Shown piece by piece: positions 1-8,488 of a stretch of 24,210 nt of DNA. How positions within the stretch are numbered: position 1 is the first letter of the stretch; every line of letters starts with the position of its first letter. The stretch covers positions 1 to 24,210 of the forward strand of contig JAEOTX010000124.1 of the NCBI GenBank assembly GCA_016839605.1, read 5' to 3'. The position numbers and the translations under genes are program-made. The DNA is from Candidatus Thorarchaeota archaeon (lineage in GTDB: Archaea > Asgardarchaeota > Thorarchaeia > Thorarchaeales > Thorarchaeaceae). The notes under the pieces are model-generated. The model had not been told where the DNA came from. It made no database searches and saw nothing but the letters and a program-made list of their open reading frames with translations.

Positions 1-1268
1 ATGTAGCCAGAGTTTAAGAGCTGGCGTGAAACATCACGTGGTGCGATACCACTGATATCCACCCATATCTTTGAGAAGCCCCAACATAGCAGGATCATCA
101 AAAACGCGTATACTGCCACGTGTAGTAATCCATCAGGCGGCGCATCTGGGCCAAAGAGAGCAAACAACCCCTGAGGCGGCGTCACATATCGACTCAGCCC
201 GTATGTTGCTATCATTCTGGCACTCTCTGGATCTTGTTCAAAGACACCGATGAGATTTAGGAATGGGTTGTTTCCCAGCGAATTGAAATTCGTGTAGATT
301 ATCTGTCCAAAGAACAGGATGTTCGCAAATAGCGCCTGAGCCAGAATGACCGGGATGTTCGATGTGTAGAGCAGCTTGATTGGATATCTTGCCTTCATAC
401 CTCTGTATTTGGCATATTGGAGAGGTATCTCCACTCGGACTGTTTCCATCCAAATGACCCCCAATACAATGCCCATCGTGATTATCAGGGTAAATACGCT
501 AGGCGTAAATCCATCTCTGAATAGAAGCCAACCCCATCCAACTGGGTCGCCAGCATCGGTGCCAATATTCATCCAACGCAGCAGATTTCCGATGAGTGCT
601 GCGAAGATGCCCTTTGGCAGGTTTGTACCAATGTTCTCGTCGGGATTGTAGCCGGCTGGTGCGGCAGCCTCTAGGTCGATGAAGTTCAGTGCGTTGAACA
701 TCACTTGGCCTGCAACGTTGGTCATAATGAACAACGATACTCCTGAGCCAAGACCCCATCCCTTCTGAATGAGCTCGTCCATGAGGATCACAACGATACC
801 CGAAATGAACAGCTGCATGAATACAATCACAGCAGCCTCAGGTGTCAACTCACCGTATGCATTGCCCATAATGTAGGCGATTGCTTGGAACGCAGTCATG
901 AACATCGCTAGTACTTTCTGACCACCAGTGAATAGGGCTCTGTCTTCCGGATCACCAAAGTCCACATCAATGATCTTCGACCCTGAGAGCAGCTGCATCA
1001 CTAGTCCTGCAGTGACTATCGGTCCAATTCCTAACTCCATCAGGGTTCCACGTGTGCTTGCGAGGATGACTCGCAGTGCCCATAGATAGTCAGTTCCTAC
1101 TGTTTTGTCCACTCCGTAGAGAGGAATGTGGCTCATTAGTAAGAAAAGTATGAGTATAACAATCGTCCAGACCGCTTTTTCTCTGAACGATACCTCTCTT
1201 TCTGGAGTCTTCACTTCTGGCATTACCCGGACGAAAGGTGATAATGCCCTTAGGAATGTAGACGTCAA
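1..1268 (-). CDS. secY: Preprotein translocase subunit SecY/Sec61alpha (3' end outside window)
   Basis: Not in the ORF track; translated by hand from TTG at 1268 (AGGAG RBS at 1277-1281): [35 protein letters not shown]...HIPLYG...[30 protein letters not shown]...[10 protein letters not shown], which are hallmark SecY/Sec61alpha motifs. Canonical position after uL15. Confidence 0.97.
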   Translation of the reverse strand, partial: [422 protein letters not shown]

Positions 1269-1314
1269 GTTTTCGTCTCCTGCAGGTTTTTCGACCGAAA
1301 GTTAGAGGTCAACA

Positions 1315-1320
1315 CTTAAA
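1315..1320 (-). promoter_or_regulatory. Putative TATA box (TTTAAG) for an internal secY promoter
   Basis: The 77-bp uL15-secY gap is much longer than other gaps in the operon and contains TTTAAG about 47 nt upstream of the start. Confidence 0.4.
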
Positions 1321-1345
1321 GCTTAGGGTCTTGGTGAGAAAGGGT

Positions 1346-1795
1346 CTATTCCTTGGGTAAGTCTATGGAACCACCTTTCGCCTCGATCTTCTCTCTTGCT
1401 CTGACTGTGATAGCTTTTACTCCAACTAGGTCGATAGCATGAGTCACTTTCCCAGAGCCAAGTATCTTGTCAATGCCGATGACAGAAAGGTCCACCGTGT
1501 ACTTGCGTCCCTTCTTTGTCGCTCCACCCCGTTCAACAAGCCTCTCAAGAGCCTCGTCAATATCGCCGATATTGAGGGCAACCATATCATCAACAAGCTT
1601 CTGAGGTCTCTTGAAGCCCCATTTTCCAAAGTAGCGTGGGTTTTCCTGCATGACCTTGATGTAATGATGCTTCTTGGAGCCTGCCATACCCTTGCCTCCT
1701 CTCTGACCTGAGGCTCTATGACCCGCACTAAAACCGTAGCCAGCCGCACGGCGGCCTCGCATTTTATGGATCTTCTTGGATTTCCGTTTCTGCAT
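1346..1795 (-). CDS. rpl15: 50S ribosomal protein uL15
   Basis: RGRRAAGYG...GQRGGKGMAGSKKH, YFGKWGF, KILGSG, KIEAKGG motifs; AGGAG RBS; position before secY. Confidence 0.96.
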   Translation of the reverse strand: MQKRKSKKIHKMRGRRAAGYGFSAGHRASGQRGGKGMAGSKKHHYIKVMQENPRYFGKWGFKRPQKLVDDMVALNIGDIDEALERLVERGGATKKGRKYTVDLSVIGIDKILGSGKVTHAIDLVGVKAITVRAREKIEAKGGSIDLPKE

Positions 1796-1812
1796 GACAA
1801 TTCTCTCCTTGA

Positions 1813-2355
1813 CTATGCTTTCTTCAGTCGTACTTCGAGGACTCCATTCCTCATTGATGATTTCGCATCTTCTTTGCGGACTTTCGCAGGGAGGCTAATC
1901 TCTTTATGATACGGCCTCTGCGGATTGTCCACGTCTATAGTCAAGGTCTTGCCCTTGACTCGAACTTTCAGCTCTTCTTTCTCAACTCCAGGTAGCTCAG
2001 CCACGACGATTATTTCACCATCCTCGTCTATGACATCTACCAATGGCTCCAGCTGGGGAGTCATTCCGCTTCCATCTGGGTCTGGTGTGTTTCCAAATCT
2101 CTGAATCATTGGTCTTCCATCAGGACCAGGACGAATCGAGAAACCGAACGTGAATGGATTCGCTCCATCAGGGTTCTCCCGAAGGAATTTCTCAATGGAA
2201 TCGCCGTCGAACATGGTGCCGCCGTCCATATCTTTCATCATGCGGCGCATCATCTCATCGATCTGGTCGAAGACCTCTTCTGGTAGGAATTCACCAAACC
2301 ATTTCCTCAGTTTCTTCCGAGGATCCTCATCGAACGGGTCATCATCCCAACTCAT
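1813..2355 (-). CDS. hsp20: Small heat shock protein (archaeal Hsp20, alpha-crystallin domain)
   Basis: FGFSIRPGPDGRP..FGN archaeal Hsp20 N-region; EPLVDVID...VVAELPGVEKEEL...YHKEISLP...NGVLEVRLKK alpha-crystallin core; GAGGTG RBS. Confidence 0.95.
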   Translation of the reverse strand: MSWDDDPFDEDPRKKLRKWFGEFLPEEVFDQIDEMMRRMMKDMDGGTMFDGDSIEKFLRENPDGANPFTFGFSIRPGPDGRPMIQRFGNTPDPDGSGMTPQLEPLVDVIDEDGEIIVVAELPGVEKEELKVRVKGKTLTIDVDNPQRPYHKEISLPAKVRKEDAKSSMRNGVLEVRLKKA

Positions 2356-2365
2356 CTAGTTCACC

Positions 2366-2848
2366 TCAGATCATCTTACTTGCAAGCTGATTGATTCCAG
2401 TACCGCGATATCCAGTGATTCCACCCATGCCAATTGGCAGGTACTTCTTGCCCTTGAAGCCTTTACGCGGCGGAGTCAGTCTGAATACAGGCTTCAGGCC
2501 TTCTACATCAGTCACACTAGCCTTTCCGTCAGCTATAGCCTTGGCAAGTGACTTGAATGTCTTGAAGCTGGAATTCTTTCTCAGGTATTCTTCACTCAGT
2601 TTCTTGTTTCCAGGCAGACGTCCACGCTTCTTGAGAAGCACCAGGACTGTTTCCTCATCAATCTCACCCCAAGTGATATAATCCTTCGCCTTGGTGATCA
2701 TTCCCTGGAGACTAGGTGTGAGTTTCAGGACTCTAGCCTGGTGTAGTCTGCCGAGCAAGAGCTTGTCCAGATTGTCCTCAATCTGAGGTCTAACCCTGAC
2801 CTGCCCTCTTACTCGTATTGCTAGAATGACTTTCTCTTCTGAACTCAT
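2366..2848 (-). CDS. rpl30: 50S ribosomal protein uL30 (long archaeal form)
   Basis: AIRVRG, KDYITWGE, KPVFRLTPPRKG, GYRG..IN.L motifs; ATGA overlap with uS5. Confidence 0.97.
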   Translation of the reverse strand: MSSEEKVILAIRVRGQVRVRPQIEDNLDKLLLGRLHQARVLKLTPSLQGMITKAKDYITWGEIDEETVLVLLKKRGRLPGNKKLSEEYLRKNSSFKTFKSLAKAIADGKASVTDVEGLKPVFRLTPPRKGFKGKKYLPIGMGGITGYRGTGINQLASKMI

Positions 2849-3528
2849 TCTTCAGCCACTCCTGATGCAGCCCACTCTTGAGGCGGTAGCATTCTGTAGG
2901 TTTCCGTAAGCGCGTCAACAAAGGCCTTCGCGAAGTTTGAGGCTGTTCTGGTTCGTCCCTTTGTGATAGACCAGACATCCTTCAGACCAGCGATTCTGAG
3001 GACCATCTTGCCAACATCTGCGGTCACAAGGCCCGTCCCTTTCGGTGCAGGTCTTAGAGTCACGCTAACAGAGCCTGACTCGCCCTTTGTCTGAAATGGA
3101 ATGCTGTGAGGATCATGACACCTGCACTCCCAAGAGCCACAGCCCCTGCGGAAGATGGTGGCATTCAACTTGGCTCTGGCTTCTGCAGCACGAACTGATG
3201 GAACGAATTCTGAGGCCTTGCCTATCCCAATACCAATTACTCCCTCGCCGTTTCCTACGACTACGGTGATTCTGAAGCTCTTCTGCTGACCACTATCGGA
3301 CTGTCTCTGTACCATTGTGACATCAACAACTTCCTGTCGGAGGTCGGGAATCAACATGTCGACAATCTCTGATTCGCGGATGATGTAGTTATTCTGGAAA
3401 ACCTCCTCAATACTGTTGATATGGCCTTCTTTGACTAGCTTTCCTAAGGCTGTCTTGGGAACCCAGTCATCAAGGGGATTAACATCTTGTCGTCGTGGAG
3501 GTCTTCGGTTTCTTCTTCGCTTACTCAT
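2845..3528 (-). CDS. rps5: 30S ribosomal protein uS5
   Basis: WVPKTALGKLVKEG, VVVGNGEG.IGIG, RRGCGSWEC.C..PHSIP, LRPAPKGTGLV, G.TRT..NFAKA. Confidence 0.98.
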   Translation of the reverse strand: MSKRRRNRRPPRRQDVNPLDDWVPKTALGKLVKEGHINSIEEVFQNNYIIRESEIVDMLIPDLRQEVVDVTMVQRQSDSGQQKSFRITVVVGNGEGVIGIGIGKASEFVPSVRAAEARAKLNATIFRRGCGSWECRCHDPHSIPFQTKGESGSVSVTLRPAPKGTGLVTADVGKMVLRIAGLKDVWSITKGRTRTASNFAKAFVDALTETYRMLPPQEWAASGVAEE

Positions 3529-3541
3529 CGCTTTTCATCTC

Positions 3542-4306
3542 CTACCTCTTTCGCTTCCCCTTCTTGCCCTTGCCTCTTGACACGAGCTTCTTGGGCTTTG
3601 GCTTTCTAGGTACTGCACGAGGTGCCTTTTCAGAAGGTTTCTCTTTCTTCACCTTCTTAGCTGCTGGCTTCTTCGGTGCAGCCTTCTTAGCTGCCGGTTT
3701 TTTCTTCTTCTTCTTTAGATTCGCTTTGGGAATCTCGAGCATAGCCTTCTTTGTCTTGTCGAACTGCTTTGGAATCGTTGTGATGTTCGTTTTCTTCTTA
3801 CCTACAACAGTGAAATGATGGCTATCTTTCTTCTTCTCAGTCACATACTGGTAGGCTTGAACAATGTGTTCTCCAGACGATCTAGATTCGTCTGGAAGTA
3901 CTTCAGGATTGTGAGGCACATCTAACCCTGCATCCACAGCGCCCTTTAGGGCTGCGTAGAGCTTGGAACCTCGAATAGGCGGGTGGAGGCCGACATCCAT
4001 AATGGCTGTTTCAATACCCCGTGCTTTCGCTCTAAGTCCTGCAAGGAATCCAGTCAAGTAAGCCGCAGGCAGATTTGCCACACCAGCGGACCAGCCAAAT
4101 CCTGCAAGCTCGGAAGATATTGCTGACGCTACGGTGTTGTCTCCGACTACCTTGGCATCTATTACCTGTACTATGATGCGACTGTTTGTCTTTCTAACCA
4201 CAAGACGCGACCCTCTGGATTGGAGGAGTCTTTTTCTCCTGTAGTAGTTTGTCTTTCCTTCTCTGCGGCGTCTAAACTTGACCCTGTAAGTTGGACCATG
4301 TGCCAT
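3542..4306 (-). CDS. rpl18: 50S ribosomal protein uL18 with Lys/Ala/Pro-rich C-terminal extension
   Basis: MAHGPTYRVKFRRRREGKTNYYRR, NLPAAYLTG, YAALKGAVDAGL; about 60-aa basic tail. Confidence 0.97.
   Translation of the reverse strand: MAHGPTYRVKFRRRREGKTNYYRRKRLLQSRGSRLVVRKTNSRIIVQVIDAKVVGDNTVASAISSELAGFGWSAGVANLPAAYLTGFLAGLRAKARGIETAIMDVGLHPPIRGSKLYAALKGAVDAGLDVPHNPEVLPDESRSSGEHIVQAYQYVTEKKKDSHHFTVVGKKKTNITTIPKQFDKTKKAMLEIPKANLKKKKKKPAAKKAAPKKPAAKKVKKEKPSEKAPRAVPRKPKPKKLVSRGKGKKGKRKR
3652..3697. repeat. 30-bp-period direct repeat (CCTTCTTAGCTGCyGG x2) encoding PAAKK units in the uL18 tail
   Basis: CCTTCTTAGCTGCTGG at 3652 and CCTTCTTAGCTGCCGG at 3682. Confidence 0.6.
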
Positions 4307-4758
4307 TATCTCTTCGCCCCCAATTTATGTTCGGCAATATATGTACGGAGGTGTGCGGTGTTCCTAAACGCATTACCCTTTGCCTTGAGGTATAAGTCAC
4401 GATAGACCCTCCTCGTAATCTTTCCCTCATCTCTGAGCTTCTTGAGTTCCTTTCGCATTGGGCGTATCTTCATCATCCATCGGTCTTTGCTAGACAGCTT
4501 GGAAGTGTGTTTCCCTTTTCTTCTTCCAGGCCCTCTTCTCTGACCCTTGCGCTTCTGACGAAGAATGTGGCGAGCTCTACCTCTGCTAACTCCAATCTTC
4601 TGTTTCTGCTGAATGGCTCCTTCATCCACCAATCGTCGGATATCGCTTCTCGTGATAGCAAGAGAGACCTCGTCCTCAAACTCTGGATCTATCCAGACCC
4701 TAGAGGTTCCAACCTTCATGACTTCAGCAGCAAGTCTCTTCTGTGTAGTGAGTTTCAT
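4306..4758 (-). CDS. rpl19e: 50S ribosomal protein eL19
   Basis: QKRLAAEVMKVG..RVWIDP, AITRSDIR.L, SRGRAR, G.RRGPG.RKG, YR.LY.KAKG..F. Confidence 0.98.
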   Translation of the reverse strand: MKLTTQKRLAAEVMKVGTSRVWIDPEFEDEVSLAITRSDIRRLVDEGAIQQKQKIGVSRGRARHILRQKRKGQRRGPGRRKGKHTSKLSSKDRWMMKIRPMRKELKKLRDEGKITRRVYRDLYLKAKGNAFRNTAHLRTYIAEHKLGAKR

Positions 4759-4760
4759 GT

Positions 4761-5561
4761 TTAGTCCAACTCCAAGTCATCGAGGTCTGTAAAGAGATCC
4801 TCTTCGCCAACACTCTCGGGTGCTCCTGGGTTCAGGACTCTGAGTAGCATGGCGTCCGCTTTCTGGATTATTTCCTGACGCTTCCTGAGCCCCACAGTGG
4901 AGCCAATGCGTATCGCATGAATATCAGGATCCAGTCCTTCAATATCCGCTGGTCGATGAACATACACCTCGATGTATCTAGAGGGATGCATTCCTCTGAT
5001 TGCCTTTGGCTTTCGGTATCCTGCTGATACCATAGCTATGCGGCCCTTACGCTTCTCTCTTGTTGCGCTATCGATTCCTCGTACTTTTCGCCATGAGTTA
5101 CTAACTCGCGTCCATCGATGAGCCTGTTCATGTCTGAACTTCGGCTGTTTCTTCCTCTTCGCCTTAGCGATTCTTAACAGCCGCTGGTCTATGAGTGCAT
5201 CTCGAGGAAGGACTGTTTTTGGTTCCTTCTTCCTCTTCTTTGGCTTAGCCTTCGGTTTTACTTTTTTCGGCTTCTCCTCCGCCTTCTTCTTTACTACCTT
5301 CTTAGGCTTCGCTTCAGGCTTTTTTGGAGCCTTTTTGGGTTTTTCTGCCTTAGGTTTATCTGCTGGCGGAGAAACCATCTTCTGGGCGGCAGCAATAAGC
5401 TTAGTAGCCCCAGCCTCACTGAGTCCATCAACTTTTGCGGCCAGTTTCTCTGGTGCAGACTTGGATAGCTTCGCGACTGTCTTGACTCCAGCTTCTCTTA
5501 GCTTCTCCTCCATCTTTGGACCCAGTCCGGGCACATCTGTCAGTGTAGGTTTCTTTGTCAT
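4761..5561 (-). CDS. rpl32e: 50S ribosomal protein eL32 fused to an N-terminal helix-hairpin-helix domain via a Lys-rich linker
   Basis: C-terminal half PKFRHEQAHRW.R...WRK.RGIDS..R...GYRKPK..RGMHPS is eL32; N-terminal LTDVPGLGPK..EKL.EAG is an HhH pattern. Confidence 0.94.
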   Translation of the reverse strand: MTKKPTLTDVPGLGPKMEEKLREAGVKTVAKLSKSAPEKLAAKVDGLSEAGATKLIAAAQKMVSPPADKPKAEKPKKAPKKPEAKPKKVVKKKAEEKPKKVKPKAKPKKRKKEPKTVLPRDALIDQRLLRIAKAKRKKQPKFRHEQAHRWTRVSNSWRKVRGIDSATREKRKGRIAMVSAGYRKPKAIRGMHPSRYIEVYVHRPADIEGLDPDIHAIRIGSTVGLRKRQEIIQKADAMLLRVLNPGAPESVGEEDLFTDLDDLELD

Positions 5562-5574
5562 GAATTACGCCTCC

Positions 5575-6138
5575 TTAGACAATCGACTTAACAACCTCGC
5601 CCTTCTTCTTCCTGATGACATAGATACCGTCAAGGAACACACGTCTGTCCTTGTTTCGGATTTTAGTTGCCAACTGGATGTTCGCAGCACTCTGAGAGAC
5701 CGCCTCAATGTCAATACCACTAATGATGACCTCATCTTCAGTGGTCTTCACTTCGACATCTCCAATCAGTCTTGCACGACGGACGCCTCTCTCGCCGATG
5801 AAGTTCTTGATTAGCACTTGATCTCCTTGAATCTCAACGGACATTGGAAAGTGGCTATAGACAATCTTCATCTCGTATACATATCCGTGTTGAACTCCGA
5901 TGAGCATGTTGCGAATGTGTGCTATTGTAGTGCCAACAAGAGCCTTGGTTCTTTTTCGACTAATAGCTGTTGAAGCCACCACTTCATTGCCATCCATTTT
6001 GATGTCAGCCTGCGGATTGGGAAATGACCGTGTCAGAGTACCCTTGGGGCCGGTAACTACAGCTGTTCTTCCCTCAAGTGAGACCTGACATTCACTGGGT
6101 ATCTCGATCCGCTTCTCGTAGATGTAGCTTGAAGACAT
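5575..6138 (-). CDS. rpl6: 50S ribosomal protein uL6
   Basis: GPKGTL.R, GT..AHIRNM..GV, YSHFPM, NFIGE, DRRVFLDGIY. Confidence 0.98.
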   Translation of the reverse strand: MSSSYIYEKRIEIPSECQVSLEGRTAVVTGPKGTLTRSFPNPQADIKMDGNEVVASTAISRKRTKALVGTTIAHIRNMLIGVQHGYVYEMKIVYSHFPMSVEIQGDQVLIKNFIGERGVRRARLIGDVEVKTTEDEVIISGIDIEAVSQSAANIQLATKIRNKDRRVFLDGIYVIRKKKGEVVKSIV

Positions 6139-6153
6139 TTGTCAGACCTCCAT

Positions 6154-6546
6154 TCAATACACATATGCTAGCAGTCTTCCACCAATCCCTTGGTTCTTGG
6201 CATCTCGATGAGTCATGACTCCTAATGGGGTCGTTACAATCAGAATGCCATAGTTGTAGGCTGGAAGGAATCTCTTCTCATATCTCTCGAATCCGTCACG
6301 CTTCACAGGGAGTCGTGGCTTGATTACACCACACTTGTTTGTCCGTCCCATAAGCTGGATACGGAACCTGCCTGACATCCCATCATCAATGCGTTCGAAT
6401 TCCCCAATGTATCCCTGTGTCTGCATTACCTGCAGAACTCTCTCAATCAGACTGGAAGCCGGCTGAATGATTACCTCAGGCTTTCCAACTATCTCACTGT
6501 TGTAGATGCTTGACATTGCATCAGCCAATGGGTCTAGTAGTGTCAT
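6154..6546 (-). CDS. rps8: 30S ribosomal protein uS8
   Basis: [34 protein letters not shown]...[20 protein letters not shown]. Start moved to ATG 6546, downstream of GGAGG. Confidence 0.97.
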   Translation of the reverse strand: MTLLDPLADAMSSIYNSEIVGKPEVIIQPASSLIERVLQVMQTQGYIGEFERIDDGMSGRFRIQLMGRTNKCGVIKPRLPVKRDGFERYEKRFLPAYNYGILIVTTPLGVMTHRDAKNQGIGGRLLAYVY

Positions 6547-6563
6547 TTTTTCTCTGGCCTCCA

Positions 6564-6734
6564 TTAACTATACTTTCTGAATCCGAGCTTCACCGCTGTT
6601 TCTCTGAAGCAGCGTCGGCACATATTGAGCCCATATGAGCGAATTATCGCCTGATGAGTGCCACAACGAACACAAGTTCGGCTACCTTTGCCCATTTTCT
6701 TGCGTCTCTTTACGCGTTCTTTCTTTGTACTCAT
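6564..6734 (-). CDS. rps14: 30S ribosomal protein uS14 (Zn-binding, 56 aa)
   Basis: Below the ORF-track cutoff. Manual translation [56 protein letters not shown]; CxxC...CRxCFRE motif; GAGGTG RBS; canonical position. Confidence 0.97.
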   Translation of the reverse strand: MSTKKERVKRRKKMGKGSRTCVRCGTHQAIIRSYGLNMCRRCFRETAVKLGFRKYS

Positions 6735-6745
6735 TATGGCTCACC

Positions 6746-7342
6746 TCAGAACAGGTATGTTCGCTCCTTAACTTTCTCTAGGATTTCAACACCGAAGGTG
6801 TTCTTGACGAATACCATGCTCTCTTCCGGTGTTAGTCGGTGTCTGTAAGGCACCTTTGTCCTACGCCTTCTCCTTCTCTTCACTCGGAAACCTGGGCGCT
6901 CAATGCACACAGTTATGTTCATTCCCTGAATGCCGAGTTGCGGATCGTACTTCACATCAGGAATATCGATGTGTTCGTTAATCCCAAAGGCGAAATTGCC
7001 ATCATCATCCCAATTGCGGATGAGTAGCACATTCTCCTTGGCCTCTAGTGCCCTGGTCAAGAACTTGTGCGCTTTATCATCCCGCAGTGTGACTCTTACT
7101 GCGATTGGTTCCTTGCGTCGAATACCGAAGTCTCGAACGGTCTGACGCGCTCTAGACTGTACTGGTGCTTGTTCGGTGAGCTGCTCCAGAATTGCTGAGG
7201 CTCGGCTGAGGGGCTCGCCACCTCCTGTACACATGTCGACAACAACTTTGGCAATGAATGGCTCTTTCATTGGGTATGTCTTCCATTCCGACAGGAAGAT
7301 CTTTTCATTGGGAGTTACGTTCTCTTCTGATGTAGCACTCAC
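6746..7342 (-). CDS. rpl5: 50S ribosomal protein uL5
   Basis: PMKEP.I.KVVV, ARQTVRDFGIRRKEPIA..VTLR, GNFAFGI.EHID.P.VKYDP.LGI.GM; GTG start overlapping the eS4 stop. Confidence 0.98.
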   Translation of the reverse strand: MSATSEENVTPNEKIFLSEWKTYPMKEPFIAKVVVDMCTGGGEPLSRASAILEQLTEQAPVQSRARQTVRDFGIRRKEPIAVRVTLRDDKAHKFLTRALEAKENVLLIRNWDDDGNFAFGINEHIDIPDVKYDPQLGIQGMNITVCIERPGFRVKRRRRRRTKVPYRHRLTPEESMVFVKNTFGVEILEKVKERTYLF

Positions 7343-8091
7343 TCGGGTGTACCTCCTGAGCCTAAACTAACTTCGGATGTCTTCTTGCCCAAAACGAATA
7401 CATACTCAAGAGCAGTCTGGAATTGATTACCCTCAGCGTCTTCTATCATCACTGTACTGGCATGAGTCCCAAATCGTTTTTCAATCTCCAAGATCTTCCC
7501 TTCAATTCCAACGTTCTTTCCTTGACTTACAACAGCATATGCGCCCTTTTCCATTGCAATTGTCTTCATGTACTTCTGGTCTGGAATAGATACCTGAATG
7601 GTATCAAGAGTCTTGAAGTCTTCAGGCTTGTTGCCTTGTGGCAGCAATAGATTGCGACCATCATGAAGGGTCATCTGAAGCTGCCCTCCTGGAACCATCA
7701 TTTTCTTCTCCACTCTGCAGAGTTTGTAGCCTGCTTCCTTTGCCTCAATAGACACAAGCCGCAGACCGCCCCTCTTCTTGGGGACCAATCTGAACTTCTC
7801 TTCAGAGCCTTGTATCTCAAGGACGTCCATCATTCCAATTGGATATCTTGGATCCTTGCGTGTTCTGCCATCAACCAGTATTTGGCCTGTATTCAGAATT
7901 GCCTTCACTTCACGCATGTTGTCTGCATAGCCGAGTATCTCTCTGAGTACAATGGCTAGTGTCAGGCTGTGGTCCTTTGGATGTGGTCCTGGGATGGGCC
8001 TGGTTGTGAACTTTGCTTCCTTGCGTTTGATTGGCCAATGTCTTGGCGCTGGTAATCGTTTCAGGTGCTTTTTCTGCCCTCTTCTTGCCAT
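7339..8091 (-). CDS. rps4e: 30S ribosomal protein eS4
   Basis: KKHLKRL.AP.HWPI.RK, P.PGPH, VDGR.RKD..YPIG.MDV, LHDGRN. Confidence 0.98.
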   Translation of the reverse strand: MARRGQKKHLKRLPAPRHWPIKRKEAKFTTRPIPGPHPKDHSLTLAIVLREILGYADNMREVKAILNTGQILVDGRTRKDPRYPIGMMDVLEIQGSEEKFRLVPKKRGGLRLVSIEAKEAGYKLCRVEKKMMVPGGQLQMTLHDGRNLLLPQGNKPEDFKTLDTIQVSIPDQKYMKTIAMEKGAYAVVSQGKNVGIEGKILEIEKRFGTHASTVMIEDAEGNQFQTALEYVFVLGKKTSEVSLGSGGTPE

Positions 8092-8478
8092 CTACTCACT
8101 CTCCGCTATTTTGACTACTTTGTTGTCAATGATCCTCTTCCTGTCATCATCGAGCTCAAGCTTTACGAGCATGAGATTGGAGGGATGTACAGGAATCTGA
8201 GCTTCCTTTCCGTCAGCCTTGGTCGTGGTTGCACTCTCGAGATAGACTCGAATAGCGCTGTAGTCGACCTTCACTACTTTTCCCTCTGTATCCCTGAACT
8301 GGCCACGCATAACTCGGACTAGGTCACCTTTCTTCACAACAAGTGACCTCAGACCGTATTCCTCCCGTAGGAACTCATCAAGTCTGCATTTCAGCATCTT
8401 CTTGTGTGAGTGGATTGGCGACTTGTAGATACGCTTTCTCTGCTTTCCTGGGGACTTGGGGCTGATTTTCTTAGTCAT
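8092..8478 (-). CDS. rpl24: 50S ribosomal protein uL24
   Basis: P.KQRK..Y..P.H, YGLRSL.V.KGD.VRVMRG.F, K.DG.E...PVHPSN. Confidence 0.97.
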   Translation of the reverse strand: MTKKISPKSPGKQRKRIYKSPIHSHKKMLKCRLDEFLREEYGLRSLVVKKGDLVRVMRGQFRDTEGKVVKVDYSAIRVYLESATTTKADGKEAQIPVHPSNLMLVKLELDDDRKRIIDNKVVKIAESE

Positions 8479-8488
8479 CTTTTACACC

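Noticed and set aside
71-759. Short ORFs in the first 760 bp
   Set aside because: All overlap secY, which occupies the minus strand from 1268 to the window edge.
5191-5814. Phe-rich, membrane-looking plus-strand ORFs (also 3495-3818 and 21560-21862)
   Set aside because: They are reverse complements of the Lys-rich tails of eL32, uL18 and HdrA-MvhD, and have no independent RBS or motif support.
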